A DNA stretch of 64,000 nucleotides from Flaccisagitta enflata (taxonomy: Eukaryota), in NCBI GenBank assembly GCA_965153355.1, contig OZ231126.1, positions 6,014,001 through 6,078,000 on the forward strand. Direction: 5' to 3'. The notes below the pieces were generated by a model, which was not told the DNA's origin, ran no database searches, and saw only the letters and a list, made by a program, of their open reading frames with translations. Below are positions 62,352 through 64,000 of the stretch, piece by piece (the first letter of the stretch is position 1; every line of letters starts with the position of its first letter). The translations under genes were made by a program, and so were the position numbers.

Positions 62352-63300
62352 CGAACGGCGGCTGTCGGCATCCAGTGCTGTCAACGGCGTTATCAACGCG
62401 CGTTGGTTAAACGCATGTCGAACGCAGCGCGTCAAACGGCTGCTGCTGGGAACGGCGCTGCTCAACGGCGCTGTCAAACGGCGCTTGTCAACGGCGTTGT
62501 CTAACGGCGTTGTCAAACGGCGTTGCCAAACGGCGTTAAGCCAAACGGTGTTGCCAAACGGCTGCCGGAACGGCGTTGTCAAACGGGCGGGTCAAATCGC
62601 GTTGTCAAACGGCGTTGTCAAACGGCGCTGCTGGGAACGGGCGCTGTCAAAAACGGGCAAGGCGCCAAACGGCAAGGCGTCAAACGGCGCTGCTAACGGC
62701 GCTGGCCGGGAACGCGTTGTCAAACGGCGTTGCCAAACGGCGCTTTTTGCCAAACGCGCTTGTCAAACGCGCCAACGGCGTTGTCAAACGCGCGTTAAGC
62801 CAAAGCGCTGCCAAACGGCGTTGTCAAACGGCGTTGCCGAATCACGCGATCAACGGCATTGCCAAACGGCGTTGTCAAACGGCGTTGTCAAACGGCGCGG
62901 TCAAACGGTGTTGTCAAACGGCGCGTTGGAACGCGTTGCCAACGGCTGCTTGTCAAACGGCGTTGCTAAACGGCGCTTTGTTGCAACGGCGCTTGTTTAA
63001 CGGCGTTGTTTAACGGCGCTGTCGAACGGCGTTGTCAAACGGCGCGTTGTCGAACGGCGCTGTCTAACGGCAAGCAGCCGAACTGGTGCAAGCACAACGG
63101 CGTTGTCAACGATGAAGTGTTATCGAACGCGCATATCGAACAAGATGTTGCTGAACGCTAATGTTGTCGGCGTTGTCAAACGGCGATGTTGCCGAGCAGT
63201 GATACGCGTTGTCGGCGCTTTGTCAAACGGCGTTGTCATCGGTGTTGGTCAGGCGTTGTCAACGCCACACAAATACTATTGTTTGGTAACAAAGTTGTCA
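62352..63300. repeat. Degenerate 13-bp minisatellite (AAACGGCGTTGTC)
   Basis: Dozens of variable copies. Confidence 0.9.
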
Positions 63301-63389
63301 AATGTCTTGCTTAAATGGTCTGTCACATAAAGCCGTCAGCCACGCTGAGAGATAAGCTGTTGTCATGCTGCCAGGTTGAGCCGACAATT

Positions 63390-64000
63390 CCTGAGTCTAC
63401 ATACCAAGTTTTCATTGCTGTTTAAACCAAATCGATTAAGAGAATCATCTGTTATGTACATTTTCTACTTTTATGTAGGCTAGGCCATAGTATGCTAAAA
63501 TCTTTACAAATCAACACATATGTTGAGTCCTTCCATTTAGAGAAAATATACCAAGTTTACACCTAATCAGTTGAAAAACGCCAAAGTTATGAACTTTTTA
63601 CTTTAAGAAGCTGGTAGGCTAGTTATGCATAGGCTGTTTCATGGTTAGCATGCTGAAATTCACGATTCAAACAAATACTTATATTGAGTCCCAGTATTCA
63701 GAAAACTACGTGAGCAAGTTTCAACTAATCGGTTGAAAAATGAGTTATGCACATTTTTCACTATTCGGCTGGTAGGCTGGTTGGGTGGTAGGCCGGTTTG
63801 GCTGATTAGCATGCTGCTGAAATCTTTACAATTCAAATACATAAGTTGAGTCCTTCCATTTTGAGACTACATACCAAGTTTTAACCAAATCGGTTGAAAA
63901 ATGCAGTAGTTATTCATGCACGTTTTTCTACTTTTCGGCTAGGTAGGTAGTTGGGTGGTAGGTTTGTTTGGCTGGTTAGCATGCTAAAATTTACACCAAA
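63390..64000. repeat. Diverged ~160-bp tandem units of an interspersed repeat
   Basis: Recurrent TACCAAGTTT..ATCGGTTGAAAA..TAGCATGCT.AAAT. Confidence 0.6.

Noticed and set aside
61936-63013. 354-aa and overlapping ORFs (ERER.., KRRCQTALSNGVV)
   Set aside because: Translations of (AG)n and a 13-bp minisatellite; open in several frames, no domain.

Overview
Eukaryotic genomic DNA from an invertebrate animal; the Cactus-type IkB and repeat content suggest an arthropod (inference). Nine protein-coding gene models, all on the minus strand, were built by hand from splice sites and exon phase. In coordinate order: the 5' part of a MOV10L1/Armitage-like gene (runs off the window start), a C-terminally shortened BABAM2/BRE-like gene, an intronless EEF1AKMT4-like methyltransferase, two tandem paralogs encoding matrin-type zinc fingers + SIM repeats + an NSE2-type SP-RING, DDRGK1, an SLF2/FAM178-like gene, a Cactus/IkB gene with kappaB-like sites upstream, and the 3' part of an atypical TKL-like kinase. 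The rest is nested non-autonomous DNA transposons (several with TIR, TSD and empty-site support), DINE-1/HINE-like repeats, a non-LTR endonuclease fragment and micro/minisatellites. Most notable: (1) an in-frame TAA-CAA-TTA leaky-stop context inside IkB exon 1, between two degron-like motifs; (2) the ZnF-SIM-SP-RING architecture and a chimeric duplicate that apparently gained its start codon from a neighbour's uORF; (3) recurrent ~100-bp echoes of exon boundaries in introns; (4) operon-like co-oriented gene packing. Family assignments come from remembered motifs; no database search was run.
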